A stretch of 45,574 nt of DNA from a virus. Below are positions 1 to 8,610 of this stretch, one piece after another. The stretch is from IMG/VR virus record IMGVR_UViG_3300045988_139688, one strand, 5' to 3'. The notes beneath the pieces were generated by a model, which worked only from the letters and a program-made list of their open reading frames with translations, had not been told where the DNA came from and made no database searches. Both the position numbers and the translations under genes were made by a program. Numbering within the stretch: position 1 is the stretch's first letter; each line of letters opens with the position of its first letter.

Positions 1-119
1 ACTTTTTTGTTTAGGCTGCTGACCCTAGGTATCATACTAGAAAGCTTACCAATTGCAGTTCCTACTGCAGCACCTGCAGATTTTAATGTTTCGGTAAATC
101 TTTCAAAAATTCCTTTGCT
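1..119. repeat. Terminal direct repeat, left copy (identical to 45456..45574); circular-assembly overlap or short terminal redundancy
   Basis: nt 1..119 (acttttttgtttaggctgctgaccc...aaaaattcctttgct) recur exactly as the last 119 nt. The repeat lies inside one continuous minus-strand reading frame. Confidence 0.95.
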
Positions 120-533
120 TTCATCAACTGCTTCTTTCTGAGCTCCTAAGGGGGCTTCCGATTCTTTTACTTTAGCGTTTATTTCATCTAGCTCTTTGCC
201 TGCCCCACTTAACTCTTTTCCAAAACTATCAATTGATTTTCCTGTGTTCTTTGCTGATAGTCCCAAATCTATAACTGTATCTGAAGTACCATTTATGCTC
301 CATTCCAAATCTTTAACACTTTCTGAAACCTTATCTGTCTCAGATACAAAAGTCTTGTTGATACTTTTTCCAGCTCCCTCAAGGGATTGTTCAAAATCAT
401 TGGTTGAGTCTTTACTGGATTCCATAGAATCTTCGAGCTTATCCAAAGAAGATAAAGCTGATTGCAACCCCTCGAAGAATTTGGTTGCATCAAGTGTTAA
501 ACTGCCACTGGCAGTACCCATATTGATTGGCAA
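1..533 (-). CDS. Tape measure protein, N-terminal part (continues through the circular junction into 42956..45574)
   Basis: The minus-strand frame is open to the left edge. TTG at 533 lies 6 nt after AGGTGA; ATG at 521 is the alternative start. Translation reads (M)PINMGTASGSLTLDATKFFEGLQSAL... and ends ...GKLSSMIPRVSSLNKK, which is the start of ORF 42956..45490. Confidence 0.8.
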   Translation of the reverse strand, partial: MPINMGTASGSLTLDATKFFEGLQSALSSLDKLEDSMESSKDSTNDFEQSLEGAGKSINKTFVSETDKVSESVKDLEWSINGTSDTVIDLGLSAKNTGKSIDSFGKELSGAGKELDEINAKVKESEAPLGAQKEAVDESKGIFERFTETLKSAGAAVGTAIGKLSSMIPRVSSLNKK

Positions 534-548
534 TGCTTCTCACCTCTC

Positions 549-707
549 TTAGTCATAGTCTTTATACATCTCTGTGAAGCTAGAGAACTTCCGTTCAAAT
601 ACAGGCATTTCTTCTTCCTGTTCAATCTTTATCCTGATGTAAGCACAAGCCTGATTCAGACAAAATGCCGTATACGCATCATCTATGAATAGTATTTCAC
701 TTGGCAT
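549..707 (-). CDS. Small ORF between chaperone and tape measure (possible chaperone extension, 52 aa from ATG)
   Basis: The frame is open from 770 to the TAA at 549..551 and overlaps the end of ORF 739..1167 in the +1 frame. The ATG at 707 has no Shine-Dalgarno. Peptide: MPSEILFIDDAYTAFCLNQACAYIRIKIEQEEEMPVFERKFSSFTEMYKDYD. Confidence 0.3.
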   Translation of the reverse strand: MPSEILFIDDAYTAFCLNQACAYIRIKIEQEEEMPVFERKFSSFTEMYKDYD

Positions 708-738
708 TTTGTTGAATAGCTTGCTTTGTGCAATTAAA

Positions 739-1167
739 TCAAGAACCTGTTGACTGGCTACGAAACGGTTTCAGGGCTTTTACCCCCTGTTGACTGTAGT
801 TGAATATGAATGTGTATTGGTCATCGGTCAATTCCATGCCAGATTCTTTGATTTCTTCCCAAGTTGGTTCAACGAAGCTAGCTTCACACAAAGCATCAAA
901 GATAGTAAACATTTCTTTGAGCTCATTGATGTTACTTCCCCCAGAAGACTTGTTAGACCTACCCATAAACAGGTCATTTGCTGTCTTTAGCAACTCGTTT
1001 GGAATTTTGCCACTTTTCACAAGAGCCAGCATGGAAGGTCTTTTTAATCTTGCGACAAACGGCATACCCTCTGCGAAGGGTGGCAGCTCGACGATTTGTC
1101 CTTTTGTATATGTTTTCAAATTCTGAAGAGATGTTATCTGAGTGTTATTTTTTGCCATTTTACTCAC
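739..1167 (-). CDS. Tail assembly chaperone
   Basis: 142 aa, located between the major tail and tape measure genes. Carries a motif typical of Gram-positive phage chaperones: ELPPFAEGMPFVARLKRPSMLALVKSGKIPNELL. Confidence 0.6.
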   Translation of the reverse strand: MSKMAKNNTQITSLQNLKTYTKGQIVELPPFAEGMPFVARLKRPSMLALVKSGKIPNELLKTANDLFMGRSNKSSGGSNINELKEMFTIFDALCEASFVEPTWEEIKESGMELTDDQYTFIFNYSQQGVKALKPFRSQSTGS

Positions 1168-1175
1168 CTTTCTTG

Positions 1176-1763
1176 TTATGATACTGTTGGCAGTTCTGTT
1201 ACGTATTCAATCTTGTATGGGGCTTCTCCTGTGTTTGGAGCTGAATCAATTACATACTCATTTACTCTGAATACATTATCTTCGCTGGACATAGATATTG
1301 GATTGCCTTGACAGTTTGGATAGGTTGTCTTCTCGTAACCTGTGATAATGCCTGCAGCATTATAGATAGCAGAATAGACTATTACATCAAAAACAGGCAA
1401 ATCTTCTCGCTTAGAACCAACAACAGGTGGTGTGTAGCTCTTGATTGCTCCAGAGCTGACGTCAATGTCAAGTGTACCACCTTGCAGTATTTTCACAATT
1501 TCAGGGGTGAACACATTGTCCGTCAGCGTAAGCTGATTGCCTGTAACTGTGACTTGTCTATGCTTCTGAGCTTTGAGTACGCCCTTGATGATAAGCTTGA
1601 TTGCGTCTGTGGTCTCTGTTTGAATGTCCACTTGAATTTTGGATGCTGTATCAATTGCATACTCAGTCTTATCTCCATCGCCCTCTACATGAGGGGAAAG
1701 TGTGACCAGTATACAGTCAATTGTAGCAACTTCATGTGGCTTTTTTGTTGTGGTAGTTCCCAT
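1176..1763 (-). CDS. Major tail (tube) protein
   Basis: 195 aa with GGAGG upstream. Synteny is terminator -> this ORF -> chaperone -> tape measure. No sheath-sized gene is present. Confidence 0.6.
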   Translation of the reverse strand: MGTTTTKKPHEVATIDCILVTLSPHVEGDGDKTEYAIDTASKIQVDIQTETTDAIKLIIKGVLKAQKHRQVTVTGNQLTLTDNVFTPEIVKILQGGTLDIDVSSGAIKSYTPPVVGSKREDLPVFDVIVYSAIYNAAGIITGYEKTTYPNCQGNPISMSSEDNVFRVNEYVIDSAPNTGEAPYKIEYVTELPTVS

Positions 1764-1765
1764 AG

Positions 1766-2158
1766 TTATTCCTCCTTATTGAATGATTGTTTAAATACAT
1801 CGCTGTAGATTTTTCTGAACCCTCGACAAGTTATGTCAGACATCCACCCTTGTACAGCGTCATCAAAAAATGGGGCAGAAATTTCGTTTGTTGATTTTAT
1901 CATCGGGCTTATCTGTAACAATGCTCGTTCAACTTCTTGGATGTATTCTTGTAGTTTAGTTGGTGTATCTTTTGGTACATAGCACAAAATATCGTAGTAA
2001 TCAACATTGGTACTTAAACCAAGATAATTGGTAGAAACACCCTGTTTAACAACAACATATGGTTTTGTGCAGTTTCCTTTGTGTTGACCTGTAAAATACA
2101 CATCAAAGCCTTGAGACTTTAAGCACAGGTACAAATCTTTTAATCTTGTAGTTTCCAT
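1766..2158 (-). CDS. Tail terminator / tail completion protein (SPP1 gp17-like position)
   Basis: ATG at 2158 preceded by GGAGGAG (METTRLKDLY...). Call rests on position immediately upstream of the major tail gene. Confidence 0.5.
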   Translation of the reverse strand: METTRLKDLYLCLKSQGFDVYFTGQHKGNCTKPYVVVKQGVSTNYLGLSTNVDYYDILCYVPKDTPTKLQEYIQEVERALLQISPMIKSTNEISAPFFDDAVQGWMSDITCRGFRKIYSDVFKQSFNKEE

Positions 2159-2169
2159 CAAACTCCTCC

Positions 2170-2532
2170 TCAAGGAAGATTTGAAGCTATGTTATTCACA
2201 TAGTTCTCAAACCCTGACATTATCTCAGGAGATTTGAAAAGGATTGTAGGCTGAATGATTGCATACTTCTTTTCGTGAGCCTGTTCCAGATATACCCCAT
2301 AATCTACTCCATGAGACAGGGTAATTGTCCAGGATTCTTCAGAACGAACAGATTTGCCTTGAAGCCTTTGTCTTGCATGACCAGTTCGATTTTGCCAAGG
2401 TGCTTTCTCTTTAGCATAGGATTCCATACTCGCTGCAGCAGTCGAACAATATAAATCCAAATCTTCCAGGGCAGCATCTTTAAGGGCTTCAAGACTTTCA
2501 CGTATACTGTTTACATCAAAATCAAGTCCCAT
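2170..2532 (-). CDS. HK97 gp10-like head-tail joining protein
   Basis: Start MGLDFDV at 2532. PWQNRTGHARQRLQGKSV resembles the TG-x-L/R motif of the HK97 gp10 family. Position fits the connector module. Confidence 0.5.
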   Translation of the reverse strand: MGLDFDVNSIRESLEALKDAALEDLDLYCSTAAASMESYAKEKAPWQNRTGHARQRLQGKSVRSEESWTITLSHGVDYGVYLEQAHEKKYAIIQPTILFKSPEIMSGFENYVNNIASNLP

Positions 2533-2896
2533 CGAGCACCAACTCCAATGATATATCATAAGCAATGTTCAGATTCCCTATGTTATCTATTCCTGATACT
2601 CTGTAAAGTTTTCCGCAATGTGTCAGTGTATCCCCTTGTGAGATTTGATTAGATGAGTCGTTTATAAGTGTTAATATCTGTGGCTGCGGTTTAGATTGAA
2701 TGGCTGTTCCATCTGAAGTGCTGATTGAAATCCAACTTCTCGTTTGGTGAAACAACCCTAGAATTTCAAGGTGTTTTGTTTCTTGAGTTGGTTCATTGAA
2801 TTGGTCCAAAACAGGTTGTAAGAATGTGAATTTGCATCCATGTGTACGTAGTGCACGAGTAACCTTAGCAATATCAAATGAGGTCTTCATCAACAA
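2522..2896 (-). CDS. Head closure / stopper protein (position-based)
   Basis: 124-aa ORF overlapping its neighbours by a few nt, in the order adaptor - stopper - gp10-like - terminator. Confidence 0.4.
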   Translation of the reverse strand: MLMKTSFDIAKVTRALRTHGCKFTFLQPVLDQFNEPTQETKHLEILGLFHQTRSWISISTSDGTAIQSKPQPQILTLINDSSNQISQGDTLTHCGKLYRVSGIDNIGNLNIAYDISLELVLDGT

Positions 2897-3147
2897 CCCC
2901 CCTGCAATATTCCTGAATTCCTTGGGCGATACCTAGAAGCTAGTCGCTTGAAGTATTCTGATGTATCTGCTGTAGTCATTCCTGAAATGTTCAAGGTGGT
3001 GTTTTCTGACTTTATAATCAAACACTGATAGGCAGTTTGGTTGAGATTTTGATTATTCTCAGCAAGATAGAATTTCAAATCTTCGTCTTCAAAAAATGGT
3101 ATATCCTTTTCTCGAAGGATTATCTTCAATTTGTCAAGATTAGACAT
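2890..3147 (-). CDS. Head-tail adaptor (position-based)
   Basis: 85-aa ORF; first gene of the connector block after the capsid genes. Confidence 0.4.
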   Translation of the reverse strand: MSNLDKLKIILREKDIPFFEDEDLKFYLAENNQNLNQTAYQCLIIKSENTTLNISGMTTADTSEYFKRLASRYRPRNSGILQGGC

Positions 3148-3158
3148 AGAATTCCTCC

Positions 3159-3515
3159 TTACAGAACCGCTCTTATCCTATCCCTGACTGCTTTCTTGCT
3201 CGTGAGACCCTTGATATCAACGCCAAGTTGCTTAGCGTACTCTCTGAGCTGTGCAGAGTTCATTTCAGTGAGGGGAATTTCGCTGAGGTTTTCTTCCTCA
3301 CCGCTCTCGTCCTCACTTTCTTGAGCTAAAATTGGCTCAGTGGTGCTTTCAGGCTCAGGGTCAGGTAATCTATCAGTAGAAAATACCTCATCCTTTTCGA
3401 GCATTTCTGCATGGGTACTAGTGTCTACTGGTTTCCAGCCCTGGGGAGCGTATATGCTCATGTACGCTCCCGATGTGACTGTCAGCGTTTGTACACCATT
3501 TGTGATACAAAGCAT
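3159..3515 (-). CDS. Protein with C-terminal HeH/Rho-N-like motif and acidic linker
   Basis: 118 aa. The C-terminus SAQLREYAKQLGVDIKGLTSKKAVRDRIRAVL matches the helix-extended-helix (Rho-N/SAP-like) pattern. Lies directly downstream of the capsid gene. Confidence 0.5.
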   Translation of the reverse strand: MLCITNGVQTLTVTSGAYMSIYAPQGWKPVDTSTHAEMLEKDEVFSTDRLPDPEPESTTEPILAQESEDESGEEENLSEIPLTEMNSAQLREYAKQLGVDIKGLTSKKAVRDRIRAVL

Positions 3516-3528
3516 AGCTCAGACCTCC

Positions 3529-4575
3529 TTATTCGCCTGTATGACTTACATCACAGATAGCAACTTGGTCTGCAAGCTCGAAGGACGGCAGACAAACCAT
3601 TGAAACCTTAGTCTCAATATTTACTGGGTCAGCCATCGCAATTGTTGTAACTGCAACACCCGTGTCAGTAATAGACACATTTGCCAGTGAAGGATTGGCC
3701 ATGAGGTCACTCTCTTCAGGAGTTGTGCCGAAGTTTGTGTAGCCAAGGTCATCTTCTGGGAAGAGAACAAAAGTGTCATCTGGTACATACTTTGTTGTTA
3801 CACCTGTCTCAGTCTTGTACTGCTTATCATTGACAGCAAGCTGAATGCCGTAGTTGTTCATGATATAAGCTATCATCTGTTGGTCTGTAATAGTTGCCTG
3901 ACCGTTGGAAAGTACATAAATAGCCTTCTTGAACTTGTCATTCTGCAGGAAGTATCTGAATGTCTTTCTGTTGCAAAGTGCTCTTGTAGGTCTGACACCT
4001 GTATCAGCCTCAATCTTGTCCTGCCATGTGATAAGGTCATTACCGATATCAGCAGTTGTTGTAGACCAAGGAACTGTGGTCTGAACCTTGTGTGAAGTTG
4101 GTACGCCATAGTCATACACATAGCTTTGACCATTAGCAGCAATAGAAATTGCACCTGTTGTCAGAGCCATCATTCTCATACGTTCTCTTTGTGCTCTTGC
4201 ACTTTCGAGCAGCCTTGTTTCGTCGTCAAAAATCTTGTTGATAATTGTATCGATGTAAGCCTGATTACCTGTCTCCATAACCATGTTGAGCTGCTGTCTC
4301 ATCTCTTCATCGATGTAAGCTGACTGCTTGAAGAATGGCATCATTGTTGAAAGTCTGTCAAAGCCCTGTCTCTCGATTGGAATAGCCTTTGCATCAAATG
4401 CAGATGGTGCAAGCACAACAGGAAGTCCTGCTGAACCCTTAATCCACTTCAGCTCAATTGACAGTTGCTTTCTTGGTGGGAAGAGTGTTTCACCGATGTA
4501 TGGTGCTCTGTCTTTTGTCATTGTTTCCCAATAAGTTGTCAGCTCTTGAGACTTGATAAGGTCAAAAATTGTCAT
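3529..4575 (-). CDS. Major capsid protein, lambda gpE-like
   Basis: 348 aa. The N-terminus MTIFDLIKSQELTTYWE...APYIGETLFPPRK is typical of E-type capsid proteins. It follows the scaffold and decoration genes. Confidence 0.8.
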   Translation of the reverse strand: MTIFDLIKSQELTTYWETMTKDRAPYIGETLFPPRKQLSIELKWIKGSAGLPVVLAPSAFDAKAIPIERQGFDRLSTMMPFFKQSAYIDEEMRQQLNMVMETGNQAYIDTIINKIFDDETRLLESARAQRERMRMMALTTGAISIAANGQSYVYDYGVPTSHKVQTTVPWSTTTADIGNDLITWQDKIEADTGVRPTRALCNRKTFRYFLQNDKFKKAIYVLSNGQATITDQQMIAYIMNNYGIQLAVNDKQYKTETGVTTKYVPDDTFVLFPEDDLGYTNFGTTPEESDLMANPSLANVSITDTGVAVTTIAMADPVNIETKVSMVCLPSFELADQVAICDVSHTGE

Positions 4576-4593
4576 GTTTCATTCCTCCTTGTA

Positions 4594-4992
4594 TTACTTG
4601 ATGAATGTAATCTTGTTAAGTGCAGCCTTTACTGGTGCTGTGATAAGGGCAGCTGTAGTTGCGTCTATCTTGGTCAGGTCTACGAAGCCGAAGATAAGCA
4701 CTGTGCCGTTCTGATTTCCGTTTGTAACATCTACATCATGAAGCAGAATACCAACTGCGTTTGAAGTCGGTGAACTGTCACCTGTAGTAGCTGCTTTAGT
4801 AAATGCTGTTGTTCTTGCTGTAAGGTCACCTGTTACTGGTGTGCCTGCCTTCATAATCTTTTTGCCGTCTGAGCCTGCTGTGATACCTGTGTTACCAATT
4901 ACTGCTCCAACTGATACCTGCATATCAGGGGCGAAGAGTATCTGATTGGTAGCAATGCCTGAAACCTTTGTAATTCCTGTCTGATTCAGCAT
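4594..4992 (-). CDS. Head decoration protein candidate (gpD-position)
   Basis: 132 aa, Gly/Thr/Ala-rich, between the scaffold and the E-type capsid gene as in lambda D-E. Confidence 0.45.
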   Translation of the reverse strand: MLNQTGITKVSGIATNQILFAPDMQVSVGAVIGNTGITAGSDGKKIMKAGTPVTGDLTARTTAFTKAATTGDSSPTSNAVGILLHDVDVTNGNQNGTVLIFGFVDLTKIDATTAALITAPVKAALNKITFIK

Positions 4993-5010
4993 AATAAATT
5001 CCTCCTGTCG

Positions 5011-5664
5011 TTACTTAAAATATGGGTTTTTTGTAACAGTATTGCTCAGTCTGTTTTGAGCAAGTCTGGCTCCAATTCCTGTTACATTTGTGTTGTTCTT
5101 TGCACCCTTTGGACTAGGTGCTCCGCCTGTTCCTGTATCTCCGTTTTCACCAGCGAAAAATGTTGGAAAATCTTCTTTAACCGATTTCAACGCTGCGTCA
5201 AAATCTTTGTCTTCTGTAATACGGGAATTTGCAATAGCCATGATGTCATTGACATACTTTGGATTGCCTTGCTCCATCAAAATAGAGCATCTTCGCTCTG
5301 CAAGAGCTGCTTTTGATTCTGCTTCTGTTTGTGCCTTAGTTGCTGTTGCCAGTGCTGCTTGAGCTTGCTCTACTTCAGTCTGCTGAGACTTGATATACTC
5401 GTTGTACTTAGCAATTGCATCTTTGGCTGTTTGTTCGTCATCAAATCCAAGCTCTTTAAGCATGGACTTTTTGCCGTTCGCCTTCTCCTGTGCACCGATT
5501 CTGTTCAAATCAGATTGAGTGAAGGTTGCTCCAGATGGATTATTTGGCTGCTGATTCTGGTCACCAGCAGGGTTGTTTTGAGAATTTGTGTCGTTACCGT
5601 TAGATGAGCCAGCACCCTCGGCAAAAAACTGCATTGAAATTCTCAGGGGTCTTGTAAGATTCAT
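5011..5664 (-). CDS. Scaffolding protein
   Basis: ATG at 5664 after GGAGG. Carries the MQFFAEG motif common at scaffold N-termini, plus a long Ala/Glu/Lys/Gln coiled-coil region. Lies upstream of the capsid gene. Confidence 0.65.
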   Translation of the reverse strand: MNLTRPLRISMQFFAEGAGSSNGNDTNSQNNPAGDQNQQPNNPSGATFTQSDLNRIGAQEKANGKKSMLKELGFDDEQTAKDAIAKYNEYIKSQQTEVEQAQAALATATKAQTEAESKAALAERRCSILMEQGNPKYVNDIMAIANSRITEDKDFDAALKSVKEDFPTFFAGENGDTGTGGAPSPKGAKNNTNVTGIGARLAQNRLSNTVTKNPYFK

Positions 5665-5729
5665 AAATACCTCCAATCCAGCTTTAAATTGTGGCTGGTC
5701 ACATCAATTCCGATTGTTCTTTAGTGTCT

Positions 5730-6059
5730 TCAAATTCGGTAAAAAAGACTTGCATATTTGGCATTTAGCCTGTCACGTTCATGGTCGAGTTTTGCTTTAA
5801 GTCGCCAAGCTCGTGTTCTGACCTTGTCAGGGCATTTTCTGTGCTTGAGCTGTGCTTTCATAGCTTGTTTGTAACAAGATTTGTATTGGCTTAGTAGCTC
5901 AAGACTTCTGGTACTGTCTACTTGAACAACCCTGGATTTACCACAACTGGAACATGTAAATATTGTCAATACTACATCGTTTTGCTTGACTTCTTTTAGC
6001 TGTCCAGCTGTAAGTTCACTAGGATTGCCACAGAATTCACAGTTTAATTGAAATTTCAT
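5730..6059 (-). CDS. Zinc-ribbon protein with basic C-terminus
   Basis: 109 aa. Two CxxC pairs (CEFCG ... CSSCG) followed by a Lys/Arg-rich helical tail. Confidence 0.55.
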   Translation of the reverse strand: MKFQLNCEFCGNPSELTAGQLKEVKQNDVVLTIFTCSSCGKSRVVQVDSTRSLELLSQYKSCYKQAMKAQLKHRKCPDKVRTRAWRLKAKLDHERDRLNAKYASLFYRI

Positions 6060-6973
6060 CGTAGTTGTCCTTTCATTGCTTCACGCCATTTTTGGATTTC
6101 TGGGTTAGCATTAAACTTCTTCGAAGATTTTTCTGCTAGCTCCTTGGATATTTGCTCAAAAGATTTTGTGATTACAGGTGCATAACTGCACATTCCGTTT
6201 GGATGGTCTAGGGGCAAATTTTGGGGGGAATAGATTTTGCCATTGCGTTCTTTGCAGATGTCACAAGTTCGTTCTCCCCCTTGAGATAGCCACTTAATGC
6301 CATCGATGTAAGGATTATCCTTTGTTGTTTGAATAACGCTCTGTTGATAAGCATGAGATACCATTGTTCTCGCTAACCTTTGTGCATTGTAGTCTACCCT
6401 TTTGCTTGTTCCAGGATATACCTTAGACCATTGCCAATCCTTATGCTTTGTTGGATTCACATAGAGTTCCAAGTCCTTTGCAATATCATAAGCAGACTTA
6501 TTTGCTGCTGTACCTTCTGCAACAATTGTTCTGATATCCTTCTGGATTTTCTTATCAGCACCCCAGATTGCCCTGCTTAAAGTCCAATTCCCTTTGTAGA
6601 TTTTGCCAGATTGAATACTTGAAACAACCTCTGAAGGAACGTGTGCATATGCACCTTTAATACTTAGATGTGCCTTGTTCAAAAACTGATTAATATCTTG
6701 TACAGTTGTCTTAGACATAGCAGTCATATTGTTAAGAATGACCGATTTCAACTCTTTTGCTACAACCTTCGATTCTTGAGACAAAGATTGTATCAAATCT
6801 TCAAGCTGTTTTCGTTGAAGATAAGCTGTTGCTGTGGTATCTAGCTTGATGCTATCAAGATGGTTTTGAGCTATCTTGGATAACCGCTTGTACATCTTAA
6901 TGATTTCACGTTTCTGCCTATTTGTTAATCGCAGACGTTTTAACTCACTTAGCTTTAGGGATAGAACTACCAT
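6056..6973 (-). CDS. Head morphogenesis protein (SPP1 gp7 / Mu F-like)
   Basis: 305 aa. C-terminal signature GERTCDICKERNGKIY...LDHPNGMCSY. Lies immediately downstream of the portal gene. Confidence 0.75.
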   Translation of the reverse strand: MVVLSLKLSELKRLRLTNRQKREIIKMYKRLSKIAQNHLDSIKLDTTATAYLQRKQLEDLIQSLSQESKVVAKELKSVILNNMTAMSKTTVQDINQFLNKAHLSIKGAYAHVPSEVVSSIQSGKIYKGNWTLSRAIWGADKKIQKDIRTIVAEGTAANKSAYDIAKDLELYVNPTKHKDWQWSKVYPGTSKRVDYNAQRLARTMVSHAYQQSVIQTTKDNPYIDGIKWLSQGGERTCDICKERNGKIYSPQNLPLDHPNGMCSYAPVITKSFEQISKELAEKSSKKFNANPEIQKWREAMKGQLR

Positions 6974-6976
6974 AAA

Positions 6977-8482
6977 TTACAATTCCTCTTTTTCAAATGG
7001 GGGTGAGGAGAAGCTATCTTCAAGCAATTCCCTTTCCAGGGCAATCTGCTTCAGCTCTTCTTCAGCTTCATCATCAGTTAGATTTCTCCATTTTTTCATG
7101 TAAGACTTCTTAGACATTGTTTGAGCTGAGACTTCTGACAAATCTGTCTGCTTCTCTTCTGCTTCGTCTTCTGGTAATGAATACTGATTATCAACCCTTA
7201 TGCTGTAAGGTGTATCAGGTAATGGTTCAGCAGTGTAGCTTGTTACTGATTTTGGATACAAATGAGCTCCGTCAATCAAAATTTGTACAATCTTTTCAAT
7301 CGCTGGTCTCCATTCTTGCATCTTTTCATCACATCTTACAGTTAAACCCCAATACAGGGCTTTGAGCGTCTTACCACTGGATACGACACCTTGAAGTGCT
7401 TCAGGTGATGTATCTGGCATATCAAGTTCTGTGTATGCTGCATTCTTAATGCGGTTCAAGGTACTTGCAAGGGGTGCAGAATATGCCATACTTGTTTCAA
7501 GCACACCAACACTTGGAGAAGCTCCCTCTTGATTTTGGTCTGAAGATAAGTCCCAAAAAGAACCTGCGGATATTGATAACCCCTTGGTTGAGTTGGAATC
7601 CATATCAACTGTGTATCGTACAGGATTCATGCTTTGTCTTTCAGCATCAATATCTGCAGAACTCAGTCGGCTATACCAAGCTTCGCTATCTTGAAGATTT
7701 GCTACCTCTGAAATGCCGTCCAAATCACCTGTTAAGCCGTCATTACGAATGACCACTGCAGGAATATAGGTGAATTTTGTTGCCCTCGCAGGTGTAATCT
7801 CTTCAATCAACGTTCCTGTTCCATCATACAATCCTTCTTCAATCCAACAAACGCCATTCTCTATCCAGTATTTCTTCTTGTAGATACGTTGCTTGGTTTT
7901 GTTACGGTCTTCGAGTGTTGTAAAGAAACACACAACCTTGGTCAAGATATCAATGTCGTTGATGTCTGTTTCATATACGAATTCAAGAGATGGGCAGAAG
8001 TGAACATGAACCTTCTGTGTCTCTTCGTTGAAGTTAACAAAACAAGCAACTCGCTTACCGATAAAGCAATCTTTAGCAGCCTTGAGCAGGTTGGAGAAAA
8101 ATCTGGTTTTACTCAAGACCTTGTCAACATAGCTTTGAATAATGCTTGCATCAGCTTTGGATTTTTCAATCTCCGATTTGTCCTTTGAGGTAATATCAGG
8201 GTCAATCCAGATATCAGGACTTTTGCTGAACATAAATCGGGCTTCTTTGTTGATAAGAGATGCTGTTTGCTTTATACGCAGGTCTGTAGGGATGTAATCA
8301 CCTTTTGAGCCTTCTGTTGTAAAACTAGCTCCCTTCTCATAGATATCATAGTATCGAATGATTTCACCCATTTCTTTGAGAACCTTGCTTCCATACAGCC
8401 CCTCTATCTCTTGACTTATCATGTTTCGTGGAATATTGAGATAAGATTCATATATCTCTGTTCCAGATGTTACATTACTCAT
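6977..8482 (-). CDS. Portal protein
   Basis: ATG at 8482 after GGAGGTG (MSNVTSGTEIYESY...), about 501 aa, between terminase and the Mu-F-like gene. The longer track ORF (to 8596) reads through the tRNA. Confidence 0.85.
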   Translation of the reverse strand: MSNVTSGTEIYESYLNIPRNMISQEIEGLYGSKVLKEMGEIIRYYDIYEKGASFTTEGSKGDYIPTDLRIKQTASLINKEARFMFSKSPDIWIDPDITSKDKSEIEKSKADASIIQSYVDKVLSKTRFFSNLLKAAKDCFIGKRVACFVNFNEETQKVHVHFCPSLEFVYETDINDIDILTKVVCFFTTLEDRNKTKQRIYKKKYWIENGVCWIEEGLYDGTGTLIEEITPARATKFTYIPAVVIRNDGLTGDLDGISEVANLQDSEAWYSRLSSADIDAERQSMNPVRYTVDMDSNSTKGLSISAGSFWDLSSDQNQEGASPSVGVLETSMAYSAPLASTLNRIKNAAYTELDMPDTSPEALQGVVSSGKTLKALYWGLTVRCDEKMQEWRPAIEKIVQILIDGAHLYPKSVTSYTAEPLPDTPYSIRVDNQYSLPEDEAEEKQTDLSEVSAQTMSKKSYMKKWRNLTDDEAEEELKQIALERELLEDSFSSPPFEKEEL

Positions 8483-8519
8483 ATTCTCACCTCCTTGCAC
8501 ATTTGTTATATGTCTTAAT

Positions 8520-8595
8520 TGGTTGGGATAGCTGGATTCGAACCAGCGGAATGACGGAGTCAAAGTCCGTTGCCTTACCACTTGGCTATATCCCA
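8520..8595 (-). tRNA. trnQ: tRNA-Gln (anticodon UUG) with encoded CCA
   Basis: The reverse complement TGGGATATAGCCAAGTGGTAAGGCAACGGACTTTGACTCCGTCATTCCGCTGGTTCGAATCCAGCTATCCCAACCA folds as a cloverleaf. Acceptor TGGGATA/TATCCCA; anticodon stem ACGGA/TCCGT with loop CTTTGAC; T arm GCTGG-TTCGAAT-CCAGC. Overall close to bacterial tRNA-Gln. Confidence 0.85.
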
Positions 8596-8610
8596 ATGTT
8601 GAGCCACAGA

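Noticed and set aside
196-552. 118-aa plus-strand ORF at the left end
   Set aside because: It is antisense to the continuous tape-measure reading frame, has no ribosome-binding site and is low-complexity Ser/Leu-rich.
8520-8595. Suppressor tRNA / stop-codon recoding
   Set aside because: The anticodon is UUG (normal Gln). All large genes are intact under the standard code, with no recurrent in-frame TAG or TGA.
8483-8596. N-terminal extension of the portal ORF (track start at 8596)
   Set aside because: The extension is the reverse-strand read-through of the tRNA-Gln gene. The ATG at 8482 has a GGAGGTG ribosome-binding site.
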